DNA of 64,000 bases, taken from positions 12,772,001 to 12,836,000 of the forward strand of contig CM060732.1 of the NCBI GenBank assembly GCA_030704615.1. The letters run 5' to 3'. Under the pieces are notes generated by a model. The model was not told where the DNA came from, did not search any database, and worked only from the letters and a program-made list of their open reading frames with translations. Of this stretch, positions 1 to 13,600 are shown piece by piece. Source of the DNA: Takakia lepidozioides (taxonomy: Eukaryota; Plantae; Bryophyta). The position numbers and the translations under genes were made by a program. How positions within the stretch are numbered: position 1 is the stretch's first letter; each line of letters starts with the position of its first letter.

Positions 1-213
1 CATATTAACTTAGCCATGGACCTGTTGAAGAGAGAAAATCTCACAGAAAGGACATACATACAGAGCATACATTGCTTCCTTGAAGCAAAGGGCTCTTTGG
101 GCAACAACCGCTGGATTACCCACCAGAAAGGAGGTTCCAACAAGTGGAGTGCGTGTCATACGAACAGACCGCGCTAGACAAAACTGGGGATAAGGGAAAA
201 AGTACTAGAGTAC

Positions 214-441
214 CTCGACGAAGCAATCATGAAAAAAAAGCCGAAGAATCTTGGCTGGGAGAACCGGGTCCACGAAAGAAGCTGTCCGAACGGCCGATGT
301 AATAATGTTCTCCGCCTGCGAACAAGTTTGCGCATAGAAATTGGCTAACAACTGCCCCGCTGCGATATCGCTACCCACAACCAGTAGGAGAAGGAACCGG
401 AGGGAATTGAATCTCGATGCATGTCTCTGCCGGTTAGACAT
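214..441 (-). CDS. Class III secretory peroxidase, exon 1 only; the rest presumably lies left of the window
   Basis: Signal-peptide-like N-terminus, then NFYAQTC...LPAKILRLFFHDCFVE (distal His motif RLxFHDCFV). GT donor at 213-212 at the conserved intron-1 position. Confidence 0.88.
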
Positions 442-3400
442 TTTCTCTTCTTCTCGGCCTCCTGCTTAGATATATATCTTGCTCCTTCGATTCGGTTCGA
501 CGAACGAATCACAATCTATCCCTAATACCTGTTCAATCTACAATTCTTCCTGCTATTCCCTCGTTAACATCTGAAGAAGCTGCAGATCCGAATTGTTCAG
601 CTGAAGATGATGGAAACCGTCAAGTCTTCAGGAGTTGCTGCTCTTTGATACATGAACTTCTAAACTCCATGAACCTTGTGGGATCAGGAGAGGAAGGAAA
701 AAGAGAGCCCCAATCTCTATGTAGCGCAGAAGACTCCTGAGCTGAATACACGCCGAGCAGTTGAATCTCTGGCTCAGCAAACGAGACGAGCCAAAGTGTA
801 GATTGAGCGTACACAATACGAACAGAGAGTACAAATCTCGGGCGACGCTCGAACGATACAGCTTGAGAGATATTTGAATGTGAGAAAGCAAAATAACCGG
901 AGACGTGAACATGGGGAGGTGGTCAGAATATTCACTGGTTGAAGACTGACAGAACCTGCAACCGGCCGCAGCTCTCCAGAAAAGGGAGGGAAAAGAGACT
1001 TCGTAAAGCGAGATAGCATTCATGGCTTCTAGTTACTACAGTAGCATAGCGGAAGAGACGGCATTAAAGAGCGGGTCGTGGCCAGTGCGGGCACAGTAAA
1101 GAAGCCCGCCAGCCCTTCATAGTTCCGCGTTGTCCTTTCTCTTGTTCTGTCACTACACCCAGCTGTTTCCTCGGAGCCGTCGATGGGAGTACTATGACCT
1201 GACGTGGCGATCTTTGGTCTATTGGATGGGTTGTCGTTACGAATTGCTAACCTCGGGACACAGTTTTTTCATAGGTAGCCAAGCTTGTCATACTTTTCTT
1301 TGTGCAGTTTCAAACATTTGACATTCTTCACAATCCTTTGAAACCCATTTGTTCATTCCATCATGCTTCGACACCCACATCCTAAGTTTTCGATCCTATT
1401 TGAAGTATGTAAGATGAGAGCTCTTCTTACACAGAGACCTCTTGGTTGCGATTTGGAACCACTAAGTATTTCCAATAAGTTCCATAGTTTTTTGAAACCC
1501 ATTATCTCGTAGTTTGTGGAATGCTGCAAAACCCATATTCTTCTCATTATTCCCCGGGAGGGCACACCAATCAGCAGTTATGAAGGTTTGACAGCCAGAC
1601 TGGCAGAGGTAGTATAGAAGATGGCCAAAGGCCATATGTAACCTCTCGACCGAGATCAATCACTCAAGTATACTGTGCCCTCTCTGTCCTTCTGCATTCA
1701 ATGATTACACATGGCCATGGCTGTGCTATAGCTTATTAGAGCGTCGATTTGCGACTCACGGCCCACCATATACAGACCAGCCTACCCACCTGCCCCGGTT
1801 ACCCACCAGCAGGTCTCGGAAAATTGTCAACCTCATTTATTATGTGGAATTTGAGGTGAAGTTTGAAGTCCTGGCTCAAAGGCGCCTTGAAGTGATGTAG
1901 ATTCTTTGGCCTCTCGGCCGATGTATTCATAGCACTTCGTTCATTTATAGTTGCTGAGTTATTGAGTCTACTGTCTGCCAGTTTTGATAACGTGTGCAGT
2001 AAGAGCGCTCGATACTCTCGCCGCCTTTCAACGGCTATCCTTCAAGTTTGACTGGAGAGCTTGGCAGGCTGCTGGCTACGGCGGACGAATTACGTGGCTC
2101 CTAGTTTTGTAGTTTTGGTCACCAGGAAGTCGTAGGATTTTCAAACCTGTGGATCTTTTTGCACTAAGCTCCTGTCGATCTTTAGCTCCTTCAAGCTCCA
2201 AATGACTCGCTTTTGAAAGGGTTTACTTCATTCCATCGTAGTTGCAGCCAGTCGATGCTTTCCAGGGCAGCCTGCCATGATGCTTTCAACAAACTCTGCC
2301 ATGTGCCTAAGCAGGTATTGCGGAATGCAGACATTTTCGGAACCTGCCGTGGCATGGCCGTTGTAGAATGCCCCCTTTCAGACATGAAAGTTAACTAGGT
2401 GTAGAGTCGATTGTCGGCAGTTGAACTGGCTATACCCAATGTTGTTTGTCGAAATCACCAGTGTTGCGGCGCAAATTCAAGTCTTAGCTATTTAAGTACC
2501 AGGAAACCCCGACTGATACCCGACGAACCTCTCACTAAGTCGGGCCATGTACAGTAGGCCAGTGATCCATAGAGCAACAAGTTCCTCGGATTTTGATTAT
2601 GTGAGGGAAAATACGGTCTACATCTACCTAATACGTTGCATCCTTTCCATTCAAACTCCAGATAACGGAATGTTCCGAAAGTCGGTCTTAATGTGTCCAC
2701 TATAGTCTCTCTATTCTCTGCGCAGAACAACAACTGTGCTCCAAGCGACAATGGAAACTCGTCAGAACACGACGTTCAACTGGTACGGGCACAGTCAGAA
2801 TCCTCTCTGCCTTGCGTAAGGGTGAAATTTGAAGGGGTAAATTTCCTTTAAGGGCGACACTGAGAAGGACGTATACATAGGAAGGGCGGAGTCCGTGAAA
2901 AGATTTTGCTACTAGTACCTCTTGCTTGTAGGAGCCCTCAAGTAGTTTTCAACATGTAGTTTAAGTTAGTGGGTTTTCAATCAAATCCAAGTATTTCAAG
3001 GCTCTAACAATTTGCTTGGAAAGACATGATTGCAGAAGAGAAGGCCATATGTATTAGCTGCCCTTCGCAAAAGAAGGGCATGACTGAGGGCAGCTTTCTT
3101 CACCTACTTTCTACAAAGGAAATTTGGGCATTATTGGCAATAGTAAGGTTGGTGTCCAAAGTGCCAACCAGGCAATTGACACAGAGAAGGAGATGATTTT
3201 TACTAGGATCACAACGTGGGTCATGCACTGTTATTTCAATAACTAAAGTGAAGATATTTACTCATCCATGATTATCCAAAAATAGCGCCATAATTTGAAG
3301 CTAGAGACAAGTGTCTCTCAATTAAGAATTGTTTGCTGGAAGAATGCCACACTGATGCTTTACACTATCTTGAAAACCATGACACAATCTTCTGTCAAAG

Positions 3401-4269
3401 TCATTAATATGCGTGGAGCCCAACATCAGAGTCTATCCAAATGATTAGCCACCATTTCCTTCACTTGTGTTAGCATATAAATGCTTTTGCAAAACCCACC
3501 AGAGGCCTGTCCTTCCGTTCAGTAAAGGTAAAAAATTAGCAAAAACAGATACTGTAGCCAAATTCTGTGTGTTTTGACCCAAACCAACGGTCTGTTACCA
3601 TCTGCTTTACACTCATCTCTCCACAAGGCAATCAGCTTCCAAATGAATCAATAAAAAATAGTAACCAGTGGAACCAGTCCATAACCATAATGAGAAAGTC
3701 TTGATACAACCCACGTATTGTCCTTTACATTGGATGGCACAAATTCGAGACTGACCACCCAGTACTTAGGTACTAAGGATTCCATCCCACAAGTAGTCAA
3801 CAGTAAACTGCTCTATGGGTAAGGGCCTGGATCACAAAGTATTGTCAAGGCAGATGCCGGTTAATTACATATAAGCCAATTGATCCAGCACACAAGTTAT
3901 TCACCTTCAGCACAACCATGAGACTTTGATTTATGTTACAGCGATGACCAACGAAGGATGTCAGTAGTAGGAGCTTTCTGCAATTCGCTGTGTTGACTAT
4001 CTTCAGTACAGGCGGATGTATCTGTAACTTCTAGATGGAAGGAATGACGATGACGAATGGCTACAACCCTATGGTACCCAATTGCCATTCTTTTTATGTA
4101 TGTACATGGTGACCTAGGCTCGTATGAGTCTCCCCACCTTGCTGTACAAGTATCTACAGCTGCAAAGCTCCCATCCGAACACTATGGTGGATTTACCTGA
4201 AGACTATCAGGATGCTGCCATTGAGGGGATTGGATGGGGCTGCTAGGGGGAGCCCCTCCACTATGAGCT

Positions 4270-7200
4270 CTAGTTGAGCCGGATCACAGTGAGATTGGGG
4301 AGAGCTGACAACTGCAGGCGCTCAATGGCAGGTAGTGTAACCTTGCAGGTTTGCAGCGCCAGGGAGGTCAGGTTGGTGAGTGACTGCAAGTGCTGCAGTC
4401 CCGTATTGGTCACCTTTGAGTTTGCCACATTGAGTGACACCAATCCCGTCATCCCTGGATCAACTCACAGGTTCAGGCAGTAAAAAGGTCTTAGTAACAA
4501 ATCTATCGGAGAAGGAAGAAATTAGAACATGGAAAATATGTTGTTTGATACCCACCCGAGAGATGCTGGAGAGCAGCATCAGTGAGGCGGCAATTCTGAG
4601 AAAGGTTGAGTGAGGTGAGGGAGGTAAGATCCTTGATATTCTTCACCCCTGCGTCAGTGATTCCTCCCCCACACAGCTCCAAGGTCTGCAGCTTCTTGAA
4701 GTCTGTATCCAGTATACCCCAATTAGTAAATCATCTCTCAAAAATGATGGTGGACTCTCCTACAGTATGACAGATCCTGACTCTGGGTTGTCCATCAGAG
4801 AACTACCCCCATGATTTGCAAAACTGTTCTTCACACCCTCTCCTTTTCCCTTTTCAGACCTCACACAAGCGTATTCTTACAGACAAACTCAACCAAGAGT
4901 GAGCCTTTCAGCAGGAACCTAATTCTCCATTTTTGCCATGTCCCCTGTCAAGCTTAAGCTGGAAAGAGGGTTTATCAACACAGGAGCCTGACAACACATC
5001 AGACATGGAATATGCATATGTGACAACCATAGGATTCAGAGAAAAGTACAGCACTCAGGGGCAGCAAGCACAGTTCCAGATCCCCACAAGCAAGAGATAT
5101 ATTCCATCCCAGGAGAACCAGAGGGCTTAAGGAACGAGAAAGATAAAGAAAGAATAATGAACCTCCACAGGAGGCCCTAAGGGTCCATGGACAGAAATAG
5201 AACAGAAACAAATCACTTCCATACACATCCAACAACACCCGAAGACGAAGTGCCTCATGTAGGTAAGCTGTCAGGCACTGCAGGACCTCTAAACTGAAAG
5301 CCTCTGCCATAGACTGGGAACCTTTAAAGACCTAATAATGCCTGCCTCAAGGGAGAGATGAGAAAGAGAAAGAGGAACTCTATACCGTCCATGGGAAGCT
5401 CAGAGAGCTTATAGAACAAGGAACACAAAATGACTCGATAGCTGAGCCAACGACCAGCCTCCACCACAACCGTAAAACTACAACTCAACTTTGAGTGATC
5501 TCCAAGTTGGACGCCTGGTGTAGATACACCACAAGGCATCTGTGTCTTCTGTCAAGAAGTGGCTACCCCTAAAAATGTAGCAGCAGAAGAAATCCGTGTA
5601 CAGATGGCCCACTGGATGGCCCAGATGGCCCACTGCACAAAGTACTACATTAACACAGCTGAATCACAGAACAATTAACCATCAACATGGCACCAACAGG
5701 ACATAATTGCTTGTGCAAGTAACTGCTAAGCAATGTAGGTCCTCATAACCGAAGACCTCTGCAAGGACGACAAAACCCTAGAAAAACACCACTATCTTCC
5801 CATATCTCGAGTAGCGAAGAGAAGAGAGAGGGAGAGAGAACACACGTCGTAGGCAGGCTGTGCCATAATCAGTGATCCGTGCCCCGAAGAGATCCAAGGT
5901 TTTCAAGCCGGTCAAACCTGCAACAACACTTCATGCCAGTCATGCAGCTTCAGCCTGACCACTTGGAAGAAATCGATTACTCAGTGACGACTCCACTGCC
6001 AGATTCCTAATTTCCATGTTGCAAAAGCTAAAGCTACATCTAGATCGCAAAATTAAACCCTGGGAAAAGGAAGGGCGAATGATTCGAGATTCATAGACTG
6101 ACTTCAAATACGGTACTCATGATCGATTTCATGGCTCTCAGGACCTCATAACATTAAGTATTCCTATTTTTTTGTTATATAAGGGGCTTTTCTACCACGG
6201 ATGAGATTCAAAATCTGCTTCTGTCCTCCCACAAAGATTGAAGTGGACAAGTGAAATTTTCAACCACTAAGGTTTTTAATGGTGGAGTTACTTGTTCGTT
6301 ACAAGTTGGCAGGGGCCATCTACTCATCAGGCCTACTCGCTTCAAACGATTGCCAAGCAAGAGGAAGGATAGGATGAATCAGGTGAGCAACCAGTCCTCT
6401 TCTATACAAGCCTGAAAGGACTTACTCGTAAGGGCGGCAAGACCAGCATCTGTGATTTGCCGGGAATCTAGATTGAGGGATGTGAGAGAAGTGATGCTTG
6501 ATATTTTGCGAAGCCCATCGTCCATCACCCCTGTGAAGGAAAGATTGAGACTTTCCAGCTTCTTCAAACCTGGATAACCTAGCAGAACCACAATGTGCAT
6601 CAAGCTCCTAAAACCACCAACATGGTAGATGATTGCATGCTGTATCTGTCATCACAAAAACTGGGGACCTGGTCATGCACAGGATCTCGAACACCTTCAT
6701 TAAAATAGCCAACAAGACTGCTAAAGCTAAAATGACACATTTGTTGATGTCAATCGTGAGAGGATGAAAGAGGAAAGGAATGTATTATGTCCAACGGAGG
6801 CCAAGAAGACAGAAGATCACAAAGAGGCCCAGAGGATCCAAGGGACCCAGTAGAACTACAAGAGAACCATAGAATGAGCAATACACCCTGAGAGACAGAG
6901 TGCCTCATGCAGGTAAGCTGCTAATCACTTCAGGTCCTCATAGCTTAGGTATCTGGCAGGGACAAGTAGTCTTGGAAAAGATGCTAGTATCTACATTTGA
7001 TCATCATCTACATCTGATTTTTCTTTCGTCTCCACTTCTTCAGTATTCAAACGTGGAAATTCCTAGATTCAAATTGTGATATTCCATCTGCCTGCCTAAC
7101 CGGAGAAGGTGGGGAGTGAGGAGGCAGAGACAGGGGAGAGAAGACTACGGCCAAAGTCAGCAGATACCCCCTGTAGGGGGTGGGTGGGCTCTATAGAAGT

Positions 7201-10200
7201 AGGGAGACACGGGGAAGATAGTCAAAAGCTGACATTTACCAGCAAGGAAGCGAAGCCCATTGTTGCCGACCTCAGAGTCAGAAAGATCAAGCATGTGCAG
7301 ATTGACAAGACCTGCAATTTCCATAAATGTCACTTTCAGAACTGCAGAAACAGATAAATACTTATATTACCCTGCTTGTTGGAAGCTAGGAAGCCACTTG
7401 CATAGGAAAGGAGAAATGAAATGATACTTCATAACGTCAGAGAGAAAAATGGAGAGAAAAACTATCAGAAGGAAGTCTTCATCATATCCCCTTATGAGCT
7501 ATGTTAACGAAGAAGAAAGGGAATATAAAAGGTCCATGGGAAGCTCAAAGAGCTTATGGGACCAAAGAAAGAATGACAGACTCTTAACAAGCAACCCAGA
7601 AGTACCTACTATTCAACATCCAAGAAAGAATGACAGACTCTCAACAAGCAACCCAGAAGTACCTACTATTCAACATCCAAAGATTCTCTAAGGTGGAGAG
7701 CCTCATGTAGGTAGCCTGTCTCTCTTCTCTATTGCAAGCCCGGCACAAGTGGTGAGCACACCCCAGTTGCCCCATCTACAGTCTCTAACCACAGGCTGTG
7801 AGCCCACCCTGAACCATCCCAATGCCCTTAAAAGAGACAGGTGGTCTGTAGGACTCCATCATTGAGACTGGAACAAGTCGTGATAAAATTGCAGCTTTGT
7901 TGTAACGGGGGCTCTTCAATGTCCAGGTCCCGGCATATGTCTAAGCTGCCCGAACAAATTGTTTATATCAAGGTAAGTCCCGCTACTGGAGTGAGCCCCT
8001 CACAAAGGTAGCCTCTGTTCCCTATTGTTCTGCCCAAACTGGGCAGAGGGTCTATGGCCATAAGGCTATGGCATATAACGTCTTATGACTATGTGCATAC
8101 TAACATTTAGTTCCATGGTCTCCTGCCTGATCAGCTGGTTCCACTCAGACTTGGAAGATATTTCCAGACTCCTGGATTTTGAGGCAGTACTAGGGATGTG
8201 ACAGAGAGGATATGTCGTGATCAGAAGAGAGCGGACAGCCAAGCATACCAACATGTATTCTAGGAAAGGGTATAGGGCCAAGAGAAAGCTCCAGATGAGA
8301 GATCCAAAACCGAAAGGTAGAGAGGGTGAGAACGTACCCCTGAGCTGCACCATCCCTTCATCTCCGACTTTGCATGAGTCAAGATTCAAGCTCTCCAGAT
8401 TCGTCAGGCCTGCATATCCAATTGGTGTCATCATCACATGTGCACTCTTGTCGCGCTCAATGGCCACAAGCTTAATCTGAGCACTTGGTAGATCCATGGG
8501 ACTTTGCCTTACCAAGGCTCAGAACAAAGAAACGGTTGGAGACTTTTGAATTAAGAGGATCTCTGGCAGATTCTGAAGCGATGCTGCAGAGACACAGCTT
8601 TTAAGTGCAACTTCAAACAATACAAGAGCAAATACTACCTTCAGTCAGGCTGATCAGACCAGAATTCAGCCTCATAATGTAAGTAGTGGTCATGGAGACA
8701 CGCATTATTCATACAACGACTCACAGTTCGATATCTTGACACGAAAAGGAGAGGTAAGGTAAGAAGAATGCTTTGTCTTGGGGGACAGCTAACCTTTCAG
8801 GAATACCATGCCGGCGTCTGTCACATTGTTGTAACCCATATTCAGGTTCTGAAGATTGATGAGACCTGCAAAAGGAGCAAGGAACTTAATAGTGGTTCTT
8901 CACTCATAAATATCTTTGCCATTACTGATTAGTCATGCAGACTAATTGCATTTGAAGGAACTAACCTCCCAGCTTTTGGAACCCTGTATCCGGAAGGCCA
9001 CATTTATTGACATTGAGAGCTGTCAGCGAGATCATCCCTGCATGAACAAGATCCAGTGACACCTTAGAAGAACAAAGGAACCAATAGAAGAGCATGACCC
9101 ATGCCTTTCAAATTATTAATGTTGATTACTTTGCATTAAAAAATCACCCAGCGACAGGCAAGATACTGGAATGGTCTGGAGTCCATCTCTTTGAACCTTC
9201 TCTTAACCCACCATCAATATCACTTTTTGAATGATGTTGACCTATCTGTTCATTTCTAAAAAGTATGAATTTGCCATCCTGCAGCTGGGGCATACCATGC
9301 ATTATGTAGCCTACGCATGCCCCCCAGCTCACGTGGACAACAACAATCTGGAAATGGAGAATCAAAGGAAAATAATTTTACAAAGTCAGAAGACTTCACA
9401 GCCATGGAGGTCAATGTTCACAATACCAAAAATCAAGTCAATTACGACAAGAGGGGGACAGACCCACAGAATATTAGGAGAGGTACCTGCAATTGTATCC
9501 ATGCATGCGGCAGTCACTGGGCAACCTTCCATACTCAGACTACGGAGTTTTTTCAAGCCTGTTGGACACACCACGTCAGTCATAACTCCCTCCTCTCTTC
9601 TCGCTAGAAGTGCCCTCACATTAGGAGTTGTGTTCAGCAAGTGGCCTTAGGAAACAGAAATGGAACATTAAGTTTATTGCTCTTTGGTTCTGCTGGATAG
9701 AAAATTAAACCCATCTGCCTTTCAAAGAAGTGGTACCTTTTAAAGAGATGATGCCTAGGTCGTTCACCTTGCTTCTTGAGATTTGCAACTCCTCAAGGTT
9801 TTCCAAACCTGTGACACCAGATCAATACTTTTGCCTTCATTTGGACACCACACAAACCTCAACTACTTGTCTAAGTATGTTTACTTCACTTAGAGGAAAA
9901 CATCTTTATGATAAATGTAACGAGATCCCCATTTTCAGCGTGGCTAGCTCATAGCATGGTTACACGAGTAGTTGATTGACTACAGAGCTTGCTGGAATCC
10001 CTCCAACTCTCAACCCTCATTTGTTATCACACTACAGTTGGCCTCACAGAGAACTAATTGTAGGCTCAGGCCCTGTGCCAGATATTGCGTTTGCAGATGG
10101 ACGTGCACCAAATCACAACCCAGAAAACCACATAATGTTTTGGTCGACTACTGCAAGGAACTGACTACTTGGTCAACTCTTGGCGGTAGTGTCAAAGAGC

Positions 10201-12437
10201 TAACCATCTCAACTCTTTAGTAGACTTCAGCCCCTCAACCTCTGGGCATCCTCCGAGCAACTGACTGAAAATGTATCCCAATCAGTAGCCGGTTTGCAGG
10301 TTTGGATGCTCATCCCTGTCCAGAAAACTTTTGTCACTTTGTTCATCCTGCCGAGTCGAAATACAGATGTACAACTGTCCAATTGGACACCCATTCTCCT
10401 CGTGGTATCCTGGTGCTAAGAAGGTCAAGTGGAGCACATGTGGCAGGAGAAAGCACCCAGAGGAGTAAATAGGAATACCTGCAAGATGCTTGATGTCTGA
10501 ATTTCTGACACACATGCACCATCCCACATTCAGCTTCTCCAACTTTGTTAGCCCTGTCAAATGCAGGGTACGGATAATTTAGGAAAGACTTGCTCAATCC
10601 GTTCCACCACCCTTTGGAACCCACCGTGTAGTTACAGAGAGCAAGGACCATGATGAATTGCATTGCCAAGGAATGATCACTGGACTCAGCCCAGATCAAA
10701 CCCTTTAATCTTGAAATCGTTTCTCTCAGGCAAATATACTTCAGTGTTTGAGATCAAACCAAACCTTTGAGATGAACAAAGCCACCATGAATTCGAGGAC
10801 AACGTTCAAAGTCAAGATGCTTGAGGTTGACAAGATTTGCTAGGTGGTGCATGCCACCTGCAGTGATCAAGTTGCTGCCACGGATACTCAGCGATGTCAA
10901 GCTGCCAAAGCCTGCAACTCAAAGCAAGAACTTTTATTAGGACTCCATAACTATGGTGGCAAATAACATGGAGCAAAAACATTGACTGTTAAAGTGAGTA
11001 ACTCCTTAATCATCTGTCTAGAAAGCCACCCCTCTTTGCTAGGTCAGACAGGATGGAAGTGGCCAGGGCAAGTAAGCAAACAGTTGCCATACTCCTTTCC
11101 CACTGTCCCTCAAAATCCCCTGAAAGAACCTTGATTACAAATAGACAGTACAAAATGGAAGTTGAGACCAAGTGCAAAAAGTCGAGCTCCAGGGAGAGAG
11201 ATTGCCTGTGAAGGAGGAGAGACCAGCGTCTGAGATATGGTCACAGTAATTCAAGCTCAATGTCTGCATATTATCACACACCTCAAGTAACGCAAGACCT
11301 GCATCTGTAACACCTGAATTCGAAATGTCCACTGCAAGCAAAGACAGACCCTGTGTACCGATAACTTCCAACCACTTGTCGTCCACACCAGGGTAATCAC
11401 CGAGCAGAACATCCTGGTCATAGGCCACAGACGTACTGAATTGAAGGCAATCCCTCCCCTTCACATGACTTATATATGGGTTTCTTAGAGTACATCGTGC
11501 AACGGCCATGTCCAGTGCTTGGCCGTATTCACAGGACTAATAGCAATCAGCCGACAATTAGTGGGGATAGGTACTCCAACCTCAATTTCAACTCAGTAAA
11601 ACCTCAGTAAACCAATCTGTGTAAAAACCTCGACTCGACAAAGGTGCTTGGAGAGATAGAATGTACTCATAAGACATTGTTTGCCGTAGCCTTGTGGCCA
11701 TTGACCCTGCGCCCAGTTTGAGCGGAACACAAAGGGACAGACCCTACCTTTGTCAGGGGCTGACGCCGGGCTTGGAGAGAGAAAGAGGGAGAGAAGAAAG
11801 GATGGAACTTAATAGATTCCACAGGGACCCCCAATGGCCCATGGAGAGAGAGACAGAGGCGCTCCTATCCATAGAGAAAAGGATAACATTGATGAAAGAA
11901 ATACATTCTAGTAAGAGTAGCAAGGGAAGTCGCTCGATAATAGGAAAGTTAGACAATGGCATACCTGCAAAGCACAACCTGAAAAAGCAGGTAGGAATGG
12001 CACTGCTAGAAGCTGACGCCGCACAAGCTCATTGAAAATCTGCTGACTTAAGTCCTTGGGGACCCCTGCCAATGTGTTGTACCTCTCTATGTGCTGCAAC
12101 TCACACATCCCCACTCAGAGGTCAGGATCTACTGTCTTCTGTGAAACCACAACACACAAGAACACATGCGCCAGACAGCAAACACATTTCTGATGTCACA
12201 TCATGTTTCCACAGGCACTTCAGTATGGCATACCTTGCATAGCTCTCGAACAGACAAGTCCAAAAGAGAGAGAGATAAGCCCCCGCTGCAGGCAGGGTCT
12301 GTGACTGGCATGGCTAATCCTGGTTTGATAGGCCATCGCAAGCTGATGCTGCGGCTTAGCTTTCCAGAACCCAGTCCCCGTCCCTCTTCACCTTCCTGTT
12401 CTGACTGCTCCCGCCTTCGAGAGCATGCCCCTCCCAT
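4270..12437 (-). CDS. Leucine-rich repeat (RNI-like) protein, F-box/LRR-repeat protein 14-like / At1g15740-like, 580 aa, 15 exons
   Basis: Exons assembled by eye: 12234-12437, 11965-12093, 11206-11413, 10765-10911, 10479-10553, 9737-9808, 9487-9558, 8966-9037, 8794-8865, 8338-8409, 7240-7311, 6426-6569, 5846-5917, 4556-4702, 4270-4454. Total 1743 nt, open frame. Repeated LxxLxxLxL...TDxGL units. N-terminal MGGACSR is a myristoylation/S-acylation-type signal. All introns are GT-AG except intron 3 (GC-AG). Confidence 0.92.
5130..5420 (-). mobile_element. Degenerate LINE-like remnant (ORF2 C-terminus plus 3' UTR) in an intron of the LRR gene
   Basis: Minus strand reads EVLQCLTAYLHEALRLR. The motif gtgcctcatg(t/c)aggtaagctg recurs at ~6900 and partly at ~7700; gtccatgggaagctca(g/a)agagctta recurs at ~7531; 5130-5220 resembles 11772-11890. 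Confidence 0.45.
7565..7678. repeat. 57-bp tandem duplication (2 copies, 1 mismatch), intronic
   Basis: aagaaagaatgacagactct(t/c)aacaagcaacccagaagtacctactattcaacatcc at 7565-7621 and 7622-7678. Confidence 0.9.
7900..8090 (+). mobile_element. 5'-truncated LINE/SINE 3' tail, intronic
   Basis: Homologous to 13420-13600 (ggagtgagcccctcacaa..ggtag...ccaaactgggc...tatggcca(t/c)aaggcta..gtcttatga). Confidence 0.65.
11666..11890 (-). mobile_element. Same LINE/SINE 3' tail, opposite orientation, intronic
   Basis: Reverse complement reads ...caaactgggcgcagggtcaatggccacaaggctacggcaaacaatgtcttatgag, nearly identical to the end of the 13420-13600 copy. Confidence 0.65.
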
Positions 12438-12999
12438 GGCTGCTCCCCTGCCTCCCTACACTGTCCTCTTTCTGTTTCCATCTACAGCCATCCCTGTCAC
12501 GCCACACCCTACAGTCAAGATCCAGATGCACCGATATGTCAAAGAGAGGATTGGAGGCTTGTATTCCTTACAGGCAAAATAGTATTCCTTACTTGGTGAC
12601 CCAAAGAGAGGGTGAAGCTTCTGAAAATCTGAACCAAGTCTATTAATCAAGACACTCATCAGCACATGAAGTTGACATTGAAGTTGTGAAGGAAACAGAG
12701 GCACTGGCCACAGACTGCTTTCAGGGAGGGGCACTTTGCCAGGACCCCAGTTGTTGGTTGTTCTATTTCATTGCATAAGGGCTTCTTGTTCTTTCCTTCC
12801 TCTGCCCGTTCTAAAACAGTGGGAGAGGCACCATCACCCAATTGGGACTACAGTGACAGTGCTAGAATCAACATTCTGATAATTTAGAGCATGATGTCCA
12901 TACCCTTTTTTACATCGAGGACCCAATTCCCTATAACCAGATTGCTTTTGACTGTGGGAATGTGGTCATTTTCTGGATGAGACTCACGTAACCTGGTGG

Positions 13000-13027
<28 letters not shown>
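13000..13027. repeat. (CT)n microsatellite, ~14 units
   Basis: Direct reading. Confidence 0.95.
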
Positions 13028-13029
<2 letters not shown>

Positions 13030-13030
<1 letters not shown>

Positions 13031-13600
13031 CGTCCAAACTGGGCGCCGGATCTGGCTACAGCAAACAAAGTCTTCTGAGTGAATTAGTTAGGCATTCCAA
13101 CCTGTGACATGGGCAAGGACCTTAAAGATGATCTGAAGGGGCACACCTACCTTCGGCACTAGACTGAAATTTAAACTCAGGGCGAGGAGCCTACCTTTGA
13201 ACAATAAATAGATGCCGAGAGGAAAAGGAGACTGTAATTGCCCGATGTGCGGGCAACCTGAATACAACATCCATTTTCTCATACAATGTCCGGGGTATTC
13301 TCACCAGAGAGTGACCCTCCTCAGGAACATGAGGAACTTGGTTCCTGCACCTCTGTTCACCAACTTTGAAAATTTTGAGGCTGAGCCTAAGCTCTGGCCC
13401 TGTTGAGGTCTAACTTTTGGGCTGCTCAACATGGCAGATTGATGCTTGTGTGAAGGGCTTATCTGGAAAGCCCGAATTAGTTGTTTATATCCAGGTAGTG
13501 GAGTGAGCCCCTCACAACGGTAGTGCCTATTCCATATGTTTCCGTCCAAAGTGGACGCTGGGCCTATGGCCACAAGGCTACGGCAAACAAAGTCTTATGA
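13030..13600 (+). mobile_element. Truncated LINE 3' ends: a short tail at 13030-13080 and a longer copy with the ORF2 C-terminal zinc finger
   Basis: ORF 13212-13406 contains CPMCGQPEYNIHFLIQC (CCHC typical of LINE ORF2 C-termini), followed by the shared 3' tail. Confidence 0.7.

Noticed and set aside
1-40. Strong-looking minus-strand splice acceptor (ttttctctcttcaacag at 22) as peroxidase exon 2
   Set aside because: It would give V-H-G-stop rather than GCD(A/G)S. The true exon 2 is probably outside the window; this cannot be resolved here.
620-2751. Short ORFs between the first peroxidase and the LRR gene
   Set aside because: No recognisable motifs or consistent exon structure.
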